Part shown: one piece after another, positions 35,091-45,134 of the stretch | How positions within the stretch are numbered: position 1 is the first letter of the stretch | Layout: each line of letters opens with the position of its first letter | Origin: Candidatus Cloacimonadales bacterium | GTDB taxonomy: Bacteria > Cloacimonadota > Cloacimonadia > Cloacimonadales > JAFGVF01 | DNA: 64,000 bases | Direction of reading: 5' to 3' | Assembly (NCBI GenBank): GCA_963692475.1 | Contig: OY829950.1 | Span: forward strand, 404,554-468,553 | Made by a program: the position numbers and the translations under genes | Notes under the pieces: generated by a model | What the model was told of the DNA's origin: nothing | The model's input: the letters and a program-made list of their open reading frames with translations, nothing else | Database searches by the model: none

Positions 35091-36156
35091 CTATTAACTG
35101 ATATAACTCTTCAACTAACTCTGCTTCAGGAACTTTCTTTATAATCTCACCCTTTTTAAAGAGTAAGCCTTCATTAATACCACCTGCAAGTCCATAATCA
35201 GCTTCACGTGCTTCTCCAGGTCCATTAACAATACATCCCATAACAGCGACAGAAATAGGTTTATCCTTAAAAGCTATTAATCGCTCTTCAACTTTTCCTG
35301 CTAAACTTATTAAGTCTATCTTTGTTCTACCACAAGTTGGACAGGAAATGATTTCCATTCCCTTTTTGAGTCCTAAGGCAAGCAAAATTTCACGAGCAAC
35401 AATCACTTCATCCAAAGGGGATGATGTAAGAGATACTCTTATTGTGTCGCCTATACCCTTGTAGAGAAGCATCCCGATTCCCATAGCAGATTTAACTGTA
35501 CCACGCGTAAAAGTACCTGCTTCAGTCACTCCGAGATGAAGAGGATAATCTACCTTATCACTAAGATTTTCATAACACTTAACCATTAAATCAAGATTAG
35601 ATGATTTAACAGAAATCTTTATATTAGTGAAATTGTTATCTTCCAAAATATGTACATGCTCTAAAGCAGATTGCACAATAGCTTCTTGGCCAAATCCATA
35701 TTTTTTGATTATTTTCTGAGAAAGAGAACCACCATTTACACCTATTCTAATTGGAATGTCATGATCTTGTACCGCTTTAATAACTTCTTTGACCTTCCAT
35801 TCTTCTCCAATATTACCGGGATTAAGTCTCAAACCAGCTATACCATTCTTGATTGATGCAAGAGCAAGTTTATAATCAAAATGAATATCTGCAATAGTTG
35901 GAATACTAACTTGAGGTATAATAACTTTGAGAGCTTCTGCAGAAGCTTCATCAGGAACAGCTAAGCGTATGATTTCACAACCTACTTGTTCAAGCTTATG
36001 AATTTGATCAACAGTACTTTTTACATCTGCAGTGTTCGTATTAGTCATGGACTGAATTGTTATTGGGGCATCTCCCCCAATATATATATCGCCTAACTTT
36101 ATTTTTTTGGTTTTCTTTCTTATGTTCAACATATCCTCCCTGAAAATTCTATACAA
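35068..36156 (-). CDS. ispG: 4-hydroxy-3-methylbut-2-en-1-yl diphosphate synthase
   Basis: IGGDAPITIQSMTNT, RLAVPD, NPGNIG, ISCPTCGRT and MGCIVNGPGEA (the three cluster cysteines). Confidence 0.92.
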   Translation of the reverse strand: MYRIFREDMLNIRKKTKKIKLGDIYIGGDAPITIQSMTNTNTADVKSTVDQIHKLEQVGCEIIRLAVPDEASAEALKVIIPQVSIPTIADIHFDYKLALASIKNGIAGLRLNPGNIGEEWKVKEVIKAVQDHDIPIRIGVNGGSLSQKIIKKYGFGQEAIVQSALEHVHILEDNNFTNIKISVKSSNLDLMVKCYENLSDKVDYPLHLGVTEAGTFTRGTVKSAMGIGMLLYKGIGDTIRVSLTSSPLDEVIVAREILLALGLKKGMEIISCPTCGRTKIDLISLAGKVEERLIAFKDKPISVAVMGCIVNGPGEAREADYGLAGGINEGLLFKKGEIIKKVPEAELVEELYQLIVADFPNE

Positions 36157-36165
36157 AGGAATACT

Positions 36166-38145
36166 TTATAATAGTCCCCATCTCCGCCTAAAATATAATT
36201 CGATTGAAAAACACAATATCACAATTAACAAGAAATAATTATTGTAAAGAATTTTAAATTCACTATATATATCAGTAGAAAGCTTTTCTCGCTTGAGTCC
36301 TGCTTTCACATTATCTATATCTTCACTAGCAAAATATTGTCCATTTGTCACAGTTGAAATTTCATTAAGAGCTACATTGTTAAAATCTAAATGGGCATTT
36401 TCAAGAGAGTTATCAAAGATGATGAAGTTACCTTCTTTTTTTTGCTTGGAGTCATAGTCTGAAACTTGATAATAGTAATTACCCGCTTTTAAATCATCTA
36501 ACTCATAACTATAACTATCAGTTCTCCACAGTAAGAAATCCGATAATATCTCTTTACTATTCTCATCTTTAATATCTAACTTTAGTTTTTTTTGAGAAAT
36601 AAAGTCCCCTTTTTCATCTAAAATAGAAGCACGAAAGTTAATTGTTTCCCCGAAGTAATAGCCATCTTTGTCAGTTGAAACAACAAAGTTTTCTCCACTT
36701 GAAGAGCTCAACCACTGAACAATATTAATAATAAATTCCTGATATTTCTCACTATTCACCCGCATGGCAAATCGCCAGAAATCATCTATAGCAAAATGAA
36801 GTATTTTTGCTTGATTTAACTTGTAAGTAGTAATTACGGGACTTCTATCCATATTATCCATTGTGGCAATCTCTTGGGCTGAATTCTTAAGACTATAATA
36901 ACGATATTTTACAGGAGGGAAATCTTGAAATTCAGCTAAATAATCATTAAACGTTGTAAAGTTTTTAGCTACTATACCAGGGATAATTTTGCCCTCATAT
37001 TGGCGGTCTATCTCTGATTTCTTAACAGGATAATAGTCTTCAAGTCCCTTAATCAAATCCCCAATAAAAAAGACACTTAATCCTTTATCAATTTTATTTT
37101 TAACTAAGTTACTATCATTGACATTAAGCAAAAACCTATTCTCATTATTTAGAATGAGAAGCTGACACTCAGCAAGAACTTCACTTAATTCTACTTCTGA
37201 ACTACCTTCCCAGATTGCTCGATTTTTCCAAGTTAAAAATCTGTAATTAAAACGATTATCTAACTTGATAGCATCTTTGATAAATTTAACATCCCAGTCC
37301 GGAGAATCAGTTAAGATAACTATATTATTTTGATTGTCATTGACCTTGACAACTAACTTAGCAGTATCATACACTTGATTATTATCCCTAAGAATTACGG
37401 TAAGTTCATATAAACCTACTTTATCAAATTTCATCTGAATCATATTCTTGTTAATATTTGAATCCAAGTTCTTTATTGATTTAGTTTGAAGAGTTTTGTT
37501 TTTGTCCTTAACTTCTATTTTTAAATCTTGCTTGCCTTGAGAATTTGTAGTGATCTCAATTGGAATAGGCTCATTTAGAAAGCTTGATCTATTACTTCTA
37601 ACATTTAGTAATTTTGGTTTTTGCTCAATTTGTTGATTAGAGAACATAAAAGTATTAATCTTAAAAGGATAATCTCTCAACATAGAAAACTTGTTATTTA
37701 TAAAATACCCATCTGATAAAAGAAAAACTTCACTTGGTGGATTAGAACTCTGAGAAAATAATTCTTCAATACTTTTTATCAAATCACTGTTATTACTGCT
37801 CCCATTAAGAGAAGAAGCGAAATTATAATACTCAACATCAAAGTTTTTTTCTAATTCATCTTTAATTTCATCAAGAAAAGAACTAATGATTAGAGATTTT
37901 GCTTTATCATTCTGTAATAGTTCCATACTATCAGAATTATCAAGCAAAACAACAGCTTTAGGTTTTTGCCAGGAAATTCTTGCAACTTTATAAATAGGAA
38001 TCAATAGAAAAGAGAGAACTATCCATACTGTCAATAATCTTAATAGGAAGAGCAAGCTTTTTTTCTGAATCGATATTTCAGGAAATGTTTTCCTATACAT
38101 GATAAAGGAAAAGCTACTAGCGATAATTAAAGAGACAAATATCAT
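36166..38145 (-). CDS. membrane protein with N-terminal double-TM anchor and VWA/MIDAS-like motif, unknown function
   Basis: Two N-terminal TM helices, a DxSxS-like VVLLDNSDSM, a long extracytoplasmic region, and a C-terminal TM plus RRRWGLL. Confidence 0.5.
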   Translation of the reverse strand: MIFVSLIIASSFSFIMYRKTFPEISIQKKSLLFLLRLLTVWIVLSFLLIPIYKVARISWQKPKAVVLLDNSDSMELLQNDKAKSLIISSFLDEIKDELEKNFDVEYYNFASSLNGSSNNSDLIKSIEELFSQSSNPPSEVFLLSDGYFINNKFSMLRDYPFKINTFMFSNQQIEQKPKLLNVRSNRSSFLNEPIPIEITTNSQGKQDLKIEVKDKNKTLQTKSIKNLDSNINKNMIQMKFDKVGLYELTVILRDNNQVYDTAKLVVKVNDNQNNIVILTDSPDWDVKFIKDAIKLDNRFNYRFLTWKNRAIWEGSSEVELSEVLAECQLLILNNENRFLLNVNDSNLVKNKIDKGLSVFFIGDLIKGLEDYYPVKKSEIDRQYEGKIIPGIVAKNFTTFNDYLAEFQDFPPVKYRYYSLKNSAQEIATMDNMDRSPVITTYKLNQAKILHFAIDDFWRFAMRVNSEKYQEFIINIVQWLSSSSGENFVVSTDKDGYYFGETINFRASILDEKGDFISQKKLKLDIKDENSKEILSDFLLWRTDSYSYELDDLKAGNYYYQVSDYDSKQKKEGNFIIFDNSLENAHLDFNNVALNEISTVTNGQYFASEDIDNVKAGLKREKLSTDIYSEFKILYNNYFLLIVILCFSIELYFRRRWGLL

Positions 38146-38155
38146 TATAATATCT

Positions 38156-39421
38156 TTAGTTTAAGCTAATCTGGGTATGAATACCAAATGATAATGATTT
38201 TGAATTTTTACCTGGTATTACTGTATCAGCAACTTGCATAGAAAACCCTGTTTGGAAATAAGAACCTAAATAAGAGATGCCATAGGCTGTAGTAATAGCA
38301 TTATCTCCATCACCAAGTTTTATCCCAACTTGGAAGGGTAAATATTCTATCAGCTCCAATTCAGTAGCTAAAATTACGTTGTTTCGTCCGAGACTATAAT
38401 TATTTGCATTAAAGGAGTGCTTGTAATCTAAGGAAACATCAACTTTTCCAAAATCATACAGTGTACCAAATCTATAAATTAGAGGTAAAGTAGTTGTGTA
38501 ACCATCGATATCATTTACTTGATCGTCATCAGACAAGATATCATTTTCCAAATCAGAGATATAGATTCCTTCAATCCAGTATCGATTCTCTCTAATTCTT
38601 GTTTTCCCTGTCCAAGAAATGAACCCTAAAATATTATCGAAACCCATTCCGGCTGTTAAATTTTCATTGATTTGTGAGTTAAAGGAAAGATTAAATTTTA
38701 AACCTATTCCTCCAAATGCCTCTTTTTGCATTAAATATGCTTCTGTTGTTAAACCTTCATCAAGGTTTGCAACATAATTAGCCGAGAATGAAGATGATTT
38801 GATATTTGCAATACCAGTAAGAATACTTCCAGAAAAACCATATTCTATTTCCGGAATATTCGCTCTATCTAAAGCTGGAATAATCTTATTTAACTTCATC
38901 CCACCTTTACCTGCAGTTATATCTGAATATAATAAAAGATTATAGCCAAAATCACTTTTATCAAAATAGTAATTGTCTGATTCTGTTCCATAGAGGCTAA
39001 TTCGGATGAACTCTTCAGAAATCTTAGATGTTGTTAAAGTATTTAAGCCAATACTAAAAGCAATATTGTTATCTGAAATTCCCATTATAACTGTTCTGAA
39101 GGAACCATCAACAACAAAAGAACCATCAATCTCTTTTAAGATATCTTTTTTATCTTTATCTGTAAGATGCTTGCCAGAAATACCATTCATATCTAAATTA
39201 AACAAATTATTTGTTAAACTAATATTGGTATTAAGAATCGGTAAATCTAAATATGCTTCTTTTCCAATGTTGGCAGGATTCCAATGAAGAGCAGAAGCAG
39301 ATTTAGCACGAGAAAAATAACCATCTGCAAATCCCATTGAATAAGAATCAGTTAAAGCTTGTACCGGTATTACTGTCAAAACTAAAATTGCTATTATTAA
39401 TAAAATAAATTTACCAGTCAT
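38156..39421 (-). CDS. putative outer-membrane beta-barrel protein, unknown function
   Basis: Signal peptide MTGKFILLIIAILVLTVIPVQA. Beta-strand-type alternating pattern ending in ...SFGIHTQISLN. Start overlaps the upstream lipoprotein stop. Confidence 0.45.
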   Translation of the reverse strand: MTGKFILLIIAILVLTVIPVQALTDSYSMGFADGYFSRAKSASALHWNPANIGKEAYLDLPILNTNISLTNNLFNLDMNGISGKHLTDKDKKDILKEIDGSFVVDGSFRTVIMGISDNNIAFSIGLNTLTTSKISEEFIRISLYGTESDNYYFDKSDFGYNLLLYSDITAGKGGMKLNKIIPALDRANIPEIEYGFSGSILTGIANIKSSSFSANYVANLDEGLTTEAYLMQKEAFGGIGLKFNLSFNSQINENLTAGMGFDNILGFISWTGKTRIRENRYWIEGIYISDLENDILSDDDQVNDIDGYTTTLPLIYRFGTLYDFGKVDVSLDYKHSFNANNYSLGRNNVILATELELIEYLPFQVGIKLGDGDNAITTAYGISYLGSYFQTGFSMQVADTVIPGKNSKSLSFGIHTQISLN

Positions 39422-40935
39422 TAATCAACCTCTACTTTTAATGAAATATTTAAGACTCCCTTTACATTTAAGTTGTCTTCAGCTAAGATAGCAACAACTC
39501 CATCACTATTATGGAATCTAACTCTCGTTCTCATAAATACTAAATCTCTTAGGAAAATATCTAAATCTTCTTTTGATAACTCTAATTCAAATTTCTGTTC
39601 CTCATTAGACACTAGAATATCATAGTTCAAGAACTTTAACTCTGCTTGATTAAGTGACAAAGAGTCCGCTTCCAATTCTTCAGAAGATAAAAATAAATCT
39701 AAGATTCCCCCTATTGGAAAATCATTTATGAGGGTAATATTAACTTTTGCACTGTTAACTTTCTTTTCTATAAGCTCCTGATTATCTTGACTTACTTCGA
39801 TTTCATAAACCTTGTCAGGATAAATCAAATAATCATCATTAAAAGTAGCTTTAAGAGGTATTTCAATTCTGTATTCACTTCTTATTGTATGTTGATTAGA
39901 AACAAACCCTGGAGTATCTTCATCCAAATTATCTACAATGTAAGTAGGATTTAAGAAAGCGACTTGATCTGGCATCAAGCGCAACATTTGATTAACTCTT
40001 TCATTGTTAACAACGTTTATACTTGTTAACATTTCAGTGCCATTCTCAACACTTGGATTAATTGTAAAATCAACATCATCTAATTCATCTATATTGAATT
40101 GATCAATTTCTACACCATCACGATAAGCAACTAAATCACCTGTTAAATTGAATTCAAATCCTATTCTATTATATACATCAAAATACATTGATATTTCATC
40201 TAACATTACAGCATTCTCTATGTTCTCTGGATAATCAATCTCAACATCTGTCTCAGTATCTAAGGTTCTAATATCACTAATGAAACCTATGAATTCACTG
40301 AAAAATAATTCATCATCTATTGAAAACGCTATTGACCCAATATCTTCTCCAGTTGCTAATGAACTATTAGCCACCACTGTGATATTTATTAACCAGAATT
40401 CTCCATCAATTGCTTGATCAGTTAAGGATAAACCAGATAAATCAATTACGTACTGATTGTTTGTAAAATCTTGAGGCTGAAGACTTAGTATAAGCTGTTC
40501 ATCTGCTTCGGTTATCAATTGAGCAAAGGTAATATTCAATTCCTCTAAGTCAGCAAAATTTCCAGCATAGCTAACAATCATTTCACCAGACTCAAACTTA
40601 CCTTCACGAATTCTGAAAGAAGTATTTGAATTAATAGATTGAATTACGAATCCAATCAATTCTGGAGTATTGCTTTGAAGAGAAACGTTTGGTGTTGAGT
40701 CAACTATATTCTTTGATAACTCAGGTGTTGTTTCTTCTAATTCATCCTCTACTATAGCAATCAAATTACCATCTTGGATTATTATATTCTCACCTTCTAA
40801 ATCTGAGGCAGGGTAATTTTCATTCATTAGGGGAATAGTTGTTAGCTCTACATCCCAAGTGGGCATTTCAAAATCTGTTATTCCACAAGAAAACAAAAAA
40901 ACTGATAGGAGAACAATTATTACTTTATATTTCAT
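39421..40935 (-). CDS. lipoprotein, acidic, unknown function
   Basis: Lipobox MKYKVIIVLLSVFLFSCG. Very D/E-rich mature protein. No recognisable motif. Confidence 0.55.
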   Translation of the reverse strand: MKYKVIIVLLSVFLFSCGITDFEMPTWDVELTTIPLMNENYPASDLEGENIIIQDGNLIAIVEDELEETTPELSKNIVDSTPNVSLQSNTPELIGFVIQSINSNTSFRIREGKFESGEMIVSYAGNFADLEELNITFAQLITEADEQLILSLQPQDFTNNQYVIDLSGLSLTDQAIDGEFWLINITVVANSSLATGEDIGSIAFSIDDELFFSEFIGFISDIRTLDTETDVEIDYPENIENAVMLDEISMYFDVYNRIGFEFNLTGDLVAYRDGVEIDQFNIDELDDVDFTINPSVENGTEMLTSINVVNNERVNQMLRLMPDQVAFLNPTYIVDNLDEDTPGFVSNQHTIRSEYRIEIPLKATFNDDYLIYPDKVYEIEVSQDNQELIEKKVNSAKVNITLINDFPIGGILDLFLSSEELEADSLSLNQAELKFLNYDILVSNEEQKFELELSKEDLDIFLRDLVFMRTRVRFHNSDGVVAILAEDNLNVKGVLNISLKVEVD

Positions 40936-40947
40936 CTTGCCTCTCTT

Positions 40948-41928
40948 TTAATTATAATTTTTTCTAACAAAACATTCATCTGAATTGGTGTCAACAGTTA
41001 ATTTAAAATTTTTGTCTTTATTCTTTTGCCTAAGTAAATTCAAACCATAATTAGAATGACCTGTTAACTTCGATACTTGTTGTTTCGATATAACGATTTC
41101 AATATCTTCTGTATCTAAAGGTAACTGATTAGACAAGTTATCTACTAATATATTCGACTGTACTAATTCGCCAAAGGCTTTATGATATGGACCAGCAATA
41201 ATAGCATCAGGATCAATAGTATCTATCTGAACCCCCATTTTTATAACTTTTATCTGGCTACCAGTAAATACTTTATGTAAGCTCACACAAATTTCTATAG
41301 CCTTATCTAACTGCAAAGGGTGATATTTACTTGCAAAATACAAATCAGATAAAACTGTCCCACGTAACACTACTGTTGGATATATTCTAACAAAATTTGG
41401 CATAATACCCAAAACAATTTTTGTTGTTTCTTGAAGAGTTTCCCTGGAAAAACCAGGTAGCCCAGGCATAATTTGAATCCCAAGATTAAAATTATAAGAT
41501 TTAATTAGCCTGCAAGCATCTATTGCTTTTGCCTGTGAATATCCTCTTCTACTTTTAGTTAAGACTTCATCAGAAAAATCTTGAATACCTAACTCTATGG
41601 TTCTAACACCAAATTCTCTCGCTAAGCCTAAATCCTTTTCTGTTAAGCAATCTGGTCTTGTAGAATACCTGATTCCAGTTTTATCATCTATGAATCTTTC
41701 TAATTTTATAAATTGCTTACGTTGCCATTCCAGGCTTAGAGCAGTAAAAGTCCCTCCAAAGAAGGCAATTTCTTTTTCCTCATCTTGATGAATTTGACAG
41801 AATTTAGCAATATCATCAATATGTTCATCTAAATTAAAATGATCAGAACCGGTTATAAGATATTGATCGCAATATATACATCTGAAAGGACACCCTTTAA
41901 GAGGTAAAAAAATCGGAAAAACTTGCAT
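40948..41928 (-). CDS. radical SAM protein (ELP3-like/COG1243-like, no acetyltransferase domain)
   Basis: N terminus FPIFLPLKGCPFRCIYCDQ carries the CxxxCxxC cluster motif. TIM-barrel-type remainder (FFGGTFTAL, IELGIQ). Confidence 0.7.
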   Translation of the reverse strand: MQVFPIFLPLKGCPFRCIYCDQYLITGSDHFNLDEHIDDIAKFCQIHQDEEKEIAFFGGTFTALSLEWQRKQFIKLERFIDDKTGIRYSTRPDCLTEKDLGLAREFGVRTIELGIQDFSDEVLTKSRRGYSQAKAIDACRLIKSYNFNLGIQIMPGLPGFSRETLQETTKIVLGIMPNFVRIYPTVVLRGTVLSDLYFASKYHPLQLDKAIEICVSLHKVFTGSQIKVIKMGVQIDTIDPDAIIAGPYHKAFGELVQSNILVDNLSNQLPLDTEDIEIVISKQQVSKLTGHSNYGLNLLRQKNKDKNFKLTVDTNSDECFVRKNYN

Positions 41929-42695
41929 TATCTTATCTTCAATTTAGCACAAGCTACTTTAGCTGCCTGCTGTTGAGCACCTTTTTTGTTAGCACCTGTT
42001 CCTCTACCGAAAGATGTTCCATTAATAAAAACTTCAACCAAAAACTCTTTTTGATGATCTGGACCTTTTTCAGAAACAACTTGATAAATAGGTGGTTTTT
42101 GAAATTTCCCTTGAGTATATTCTTGAAGAATACTCTTGTAGTTAATCAGCTCTTCCCTATTTACATAATTTTCGAATTTGTTTAAGATGAACTTTTTAAT
42201 AAATTTCCGAGCAACAGTCATTCCACCATCTAAATAGATTGCACAGATTAATGATTCCATCGAATCGGAAATTATTGATGGTTTTTGCCTTCCCCCACTT
42301 CGGGCTTCTTCAGAGCTTAGGAGTAGATATTCCCCTAAATCAAGCTCATTAGACCTCATTGTCAAGAATTTTTCAGAGACGATTTTCGATTTTAATTTGG
42401 ATAAATTACCCTCTTGCTTCTGAGGAAACAGAACAAATAGTTCCTGAGCGATTACTAAACCCAAAACAGAATCTCCCAGAAATTCCATTCTTTCAAATGG
42501 TGATAATTCTGCATTCACTCTTTCCTCTTTTTTATAATAAGAATCATGAGTTAGGGCATTTTTTAATAAAATTGTATTTTTAAATCTATATTCAATCCTT
42601 GATTGTAGTTCGTCTAACTTTCTATCCCATCCTTCAATATTAGTTTTATCTACTTTAATAAAATGGTCAATTAATGATTTGAGTAATTGCTTCAT
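41928..42695 (-). CDS. rnc: ribonuclease III
   Basis: Signature ERMEFLGDSVLGLVIA. C-terminal dsRBD (EKGPDHQKEFLVEVFINGTSFGRGTGANKKGAQQQAAKVA). Confidence 0.9.
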   Translation of the reverse strand: MKQLLKSLIDHFIKVDKTNIEGWDRKLDELQSRIEYRFKNTILLKNALTHDSYYKKEERVNAELSPFERMEFLGDSVLGLVIAQELFVLFPQKQEGNLSKLKSKIVSEKFLTMRSNELDLGEYLLLSSEEARSGGRQKPSIISDSMESLICAIYLDGGMTVARKFIKKFILNKFENYVNREELINYKSILQEYTQGKFQKPPIYQVVSEKGPDHQKEFLVEVFINGTSFGRGTGANKKGAQQQAAKVACAKLKIR

Positions 42696-42722
42696 ATAGC
42701 TCCTTTAGTCAAAAGAAACTCT

Positions 42723-42785
42723 GAAAAAAGTAGTTCGAACTACTTTTTTCACAATATCTTATGAAAGGGGGAAAACATTCCCCCT
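42723..42785 (-). terminator. two tandem terminator hairpins downstream of fabF
   Basis: AGGGGG-aaaacatt-CCCCCT (42766-42785) lies 5 nt after the fabF stop and is followed by TTTC on the minus strand. The perfect 28-nt palindrome GAAAAAAGTAGTTCGAACTACTTTTTTC (42723-42750) can act as a bidirectional terminator. Confidence 0.7.
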
Positions 42786-42790
42786 CTATA

Positions 42791-44032
42791 TTATTTTACA
42801 AATTTTTTTATTACAATTGCAGAGTTGTGTCCTCCAAATCCCAGAGAATTACTAACAGCTGCTCTAACTTCCTTATCAATTGATTTATTCGGTGTATAAT
42901 TAAGATCACATTCAGGATCAGGGTTTTCATAATTTAAGGTAGCATGAATTTTATTATCTCTTATAGACAAACAACATACTATTGCTTCGATACCTGCTGC
43001 AGCTCCTAACATATGTCCAACCATTGATTTAGTTGAATTAATGGAAAGATTAGCTATACTCTCACCAAATACAGTTTTAATAGCAGAAGTTTCATTCTTG
43101 TCATTGAGAGGAGTTGAAGTCCCATGAGCATTGACATAATCAATATCTGCAGGATTAAGACCTGCATCATTAATTGCAAAGGCAATTGCTCGAGCACTAC
43201 CTTCTCCACCTTCAGCTGGAGCAGTAACATGGTAAGCATCACATGAAGCTCCATAACCTGCTAATTCTGCATAAATTTTTGCTCCACGTGCTAAAGCGTG
43301 TTCCATTTCTTCCAAGACAATCATTCCAGCACCTTCAGACATTACAAAACCATCACGTTCCATATCAAAAGGCCTGCTTGCTCTGTTCGGTTCATCATTT
43401 CTGGTACTTAATGCTTTCATTGCACAGAAACCTGCCATTGCCATAGGATTTACTGCACCTTCAGCTCCACCGGTAATAATAATATCTGCGTCACCATATT
43501 GAATAGATCTTAAAGATGTACCAATAGCATGATTAGCACTTGCACAAGCACTTACTACATTAAAGTTAATTGCTTTTAGATTATTCTCTATAGCAATATG
43601 ACCAGCAGCAATATTTGAAATCATTTTTGGTATGAAAAATGGGCTAACCCTTTTTGCTCCCTTATTAAAGAATTTTTCAGTTTCTTCTTGAAATGTCCAT
43701 ATACCGCCAATACCGGCACCCATTACACAACCAGCTCTATCCGGATTGTAACTTCCGGGATTTAAACCTGCATCTTTCATAGCTTCTCTGGCTGCAACTA
43801 AAGCAAATTGAGTATATAAGTCTAATTTCTTTATTTCTTTCTTATCAAAATAGTCTTCAGCGTTAAAGTTTTTAATTTCACCAGCTATTTTTGAAGTGAA
43901 ATCAGTTGTATCAAATTTCTCAATTAAACTGATTCCTGATCTGCCTGATAGCAAATTTTCCCATAAATCTGCTACATTTAACCCTACAGGAGTAACAGCA
44001 CCCAGTCCCGTAATTACAACTCTTCTTTTCAT
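42791..44032 (-). CDS. fabF: 3-oxoacyl-ACP synthase II
   Basis: MKRRVVITGLGAVTPVG; active-site VVSACASANHAIG; HGTSTPLND; SMVGHMLGAAG; NSLGFGGHNS. Confidence 0.95.
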   Translation of the reverse strand: MKRRVVITGLGAVTPVGLNVADLWENLLSGRSGISLIEKFDTTDFTSKIAGEIKNFNAEDYFDKKEIKKLDLYTQFALVAAREAMKDAGLNPGSYNPDRAGCVMGAGIGGIWTFQEETEKFFNKGAKRVSPFFIPKMISNIAAGHIAIENNLKAINFNVVSACASANHAIGTSLRSIQYGDADIIITGGAEGAVNPMAMAGFCAMKALSTRNDEPNRASRPFDMERDGFVMSEGAGMIVLEEMEHALARGAKIYAELAGYGASCDAYHVTAPAEGGEGSARAIAFAINDAGLNPADIDYVNAHGTSTPLNDKNETSAIKTVFGESIANLSINSTKSMVGHMLGAAAGIEAIVCCLSIRDNKIHATLNYENPDPECDLNYTPNKSIDKEVRAAVSNSLGFGGHNSAIVIKKFVK

Positions 44033-44115
44033 AAATTTTCCTTAGATTTTTTTAACAATTTGAGTTAAGTCTTCTCTTTTCAGAAAAGCCTTAACTCAAA
44101 GTAATCATGCTATAA

Positions 44116-44361
44116 TTATGCTAATCTTCCTTTTAGATAATTAATAGCTTCACCAACTGATCTCAATTTCTCTTGATCTTCATCTGGAATTTCGATATCG
44201 AATTCTTCTTCAAACTTCATTACAAGTTCTACTGTGTCTAATGAATCAGCACCTAAATCTTCAATAAACTTAGCTTCATTAGTTACTTGACTCTCTTCAA
44301 CACTCAATTCATCAACAATAATTTGTTTAACTTTTGCTTCAATATCCATTATTTCCTCCAT
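44116..44361 (-). CDS. acpP: acyl carrier protein
   Basis: [19 protein letters not shown] with the phosphopantetheine Ser. The likely true start is ATG at 44349 (MDIEAKVK), 7 nt after GGAGG. Confidence 0.95.
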   Translation of the reverse strand: MEEIMDIEAKVKQIIVDELSVEESQVTNEAKFIEDLGADSLDTVELVMKFEEEFDIEIPDEDQEKLRSVGEAINYLKGRLA

Positions 44362-44390
44362 GGTTATTTTTCTTTTTCTTTATAACTACT

Positions 44391-45134
44391 TTACATGATA
44401 AGTCCACCATCAACATTGATGGTTTGACCAGTTATATATTTAGCTCCGTCAGAAGCTAAGAATAAGCATACATTAGCTATGTCTTCGGCTTGTCCCATTT
44501 TTCCAAGAGGAATAGCTTTAGCATAACTTTCAACAACTTCAGCACCCAAAGATGCTGTCATATCAGTCTCAATAAATCCTGGTGCAATTGCGTTGGCTCT
44601 GATATTCCGAGAAGCTAACTCTTTTGCTGTTGATTTTGTGAGAGCAATGATACCGCCCTTAGAAGCAGCATAATTAGCTTGTCCAGCATTACCCATAATA
44701 CCGATAACAGAAGCAATATTTAAAATCACTCCACTTTTCTGTTTCATCATATAACGGCAGATCTTCTGAGTACAATTATAAGTACCTTTTAGGTTAACAT
44801 TTATAACAGCATCCCATTCAGATTCTTTCATTCTCATTAACAGATTATCTTTAGTTATTCCGGCATTATTTATAAGTATGTCTAAGCTTCCTAAATCTTG
44901 GTTAATCTGCTTAAATACACTTTCAACCAATTCAGAATTAGTTACATCCAAAGCATATCCATAAACATCAAAACCTAATTTCTTTAGTTCTCCAACTGAT
45001 TTATCGACAATTTCTTGATTGATATCTAAGATAACAGTTTTTGCTTCCATTTCGGCAAATTTTTTAGCTATCCCGAATCCGATACCACGACCTGAACCAG
45101 TGACTAACACGACTTTATTTTTCATATTATACAT
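44391..45134 (-). CDS. fabG: 3-oxoacyl-ACP reductase
   Basis: SDR motifs VTGSGRGIGFGIA, NNAGI and YAASKGG; C-terminal ITGQTINVDGGLIM. Confidence 0.92.
   Translation of the reverse strand: MYNMKNKVVLVTGSGRGIGFGIAKKFAEMEAKTVILDINQEIVDKSVGELKKLGFDVYGYALDVTNSELVESVFKQINQDLGSLDILINNAGITKDNLLMRMKESEWDAVINVNLKGTYNCTQKICRYMMKQKSGVILNIASVIGIMGNAGQANYAASKGGIIALTKSTAKELASRNIRANAIAPGFIETDMTASLGAEVVESYAKAIPLGKMGQAEDIANVCLFLASDGAKYITGQTINVDGGLIM

Noticed and set aside
44041-44100. Long inverted repeat TTTGAGTTAAG...CTTAACTCAAA between acpP and fabF, considered as a terminator or attenuator.
   Set aside because: No U-run follows it on the transcribed (minus) strand. It may be an mRNA processing or stability hairpin, which is common at acpP-fabF junctions, but I cannot support a specific call.
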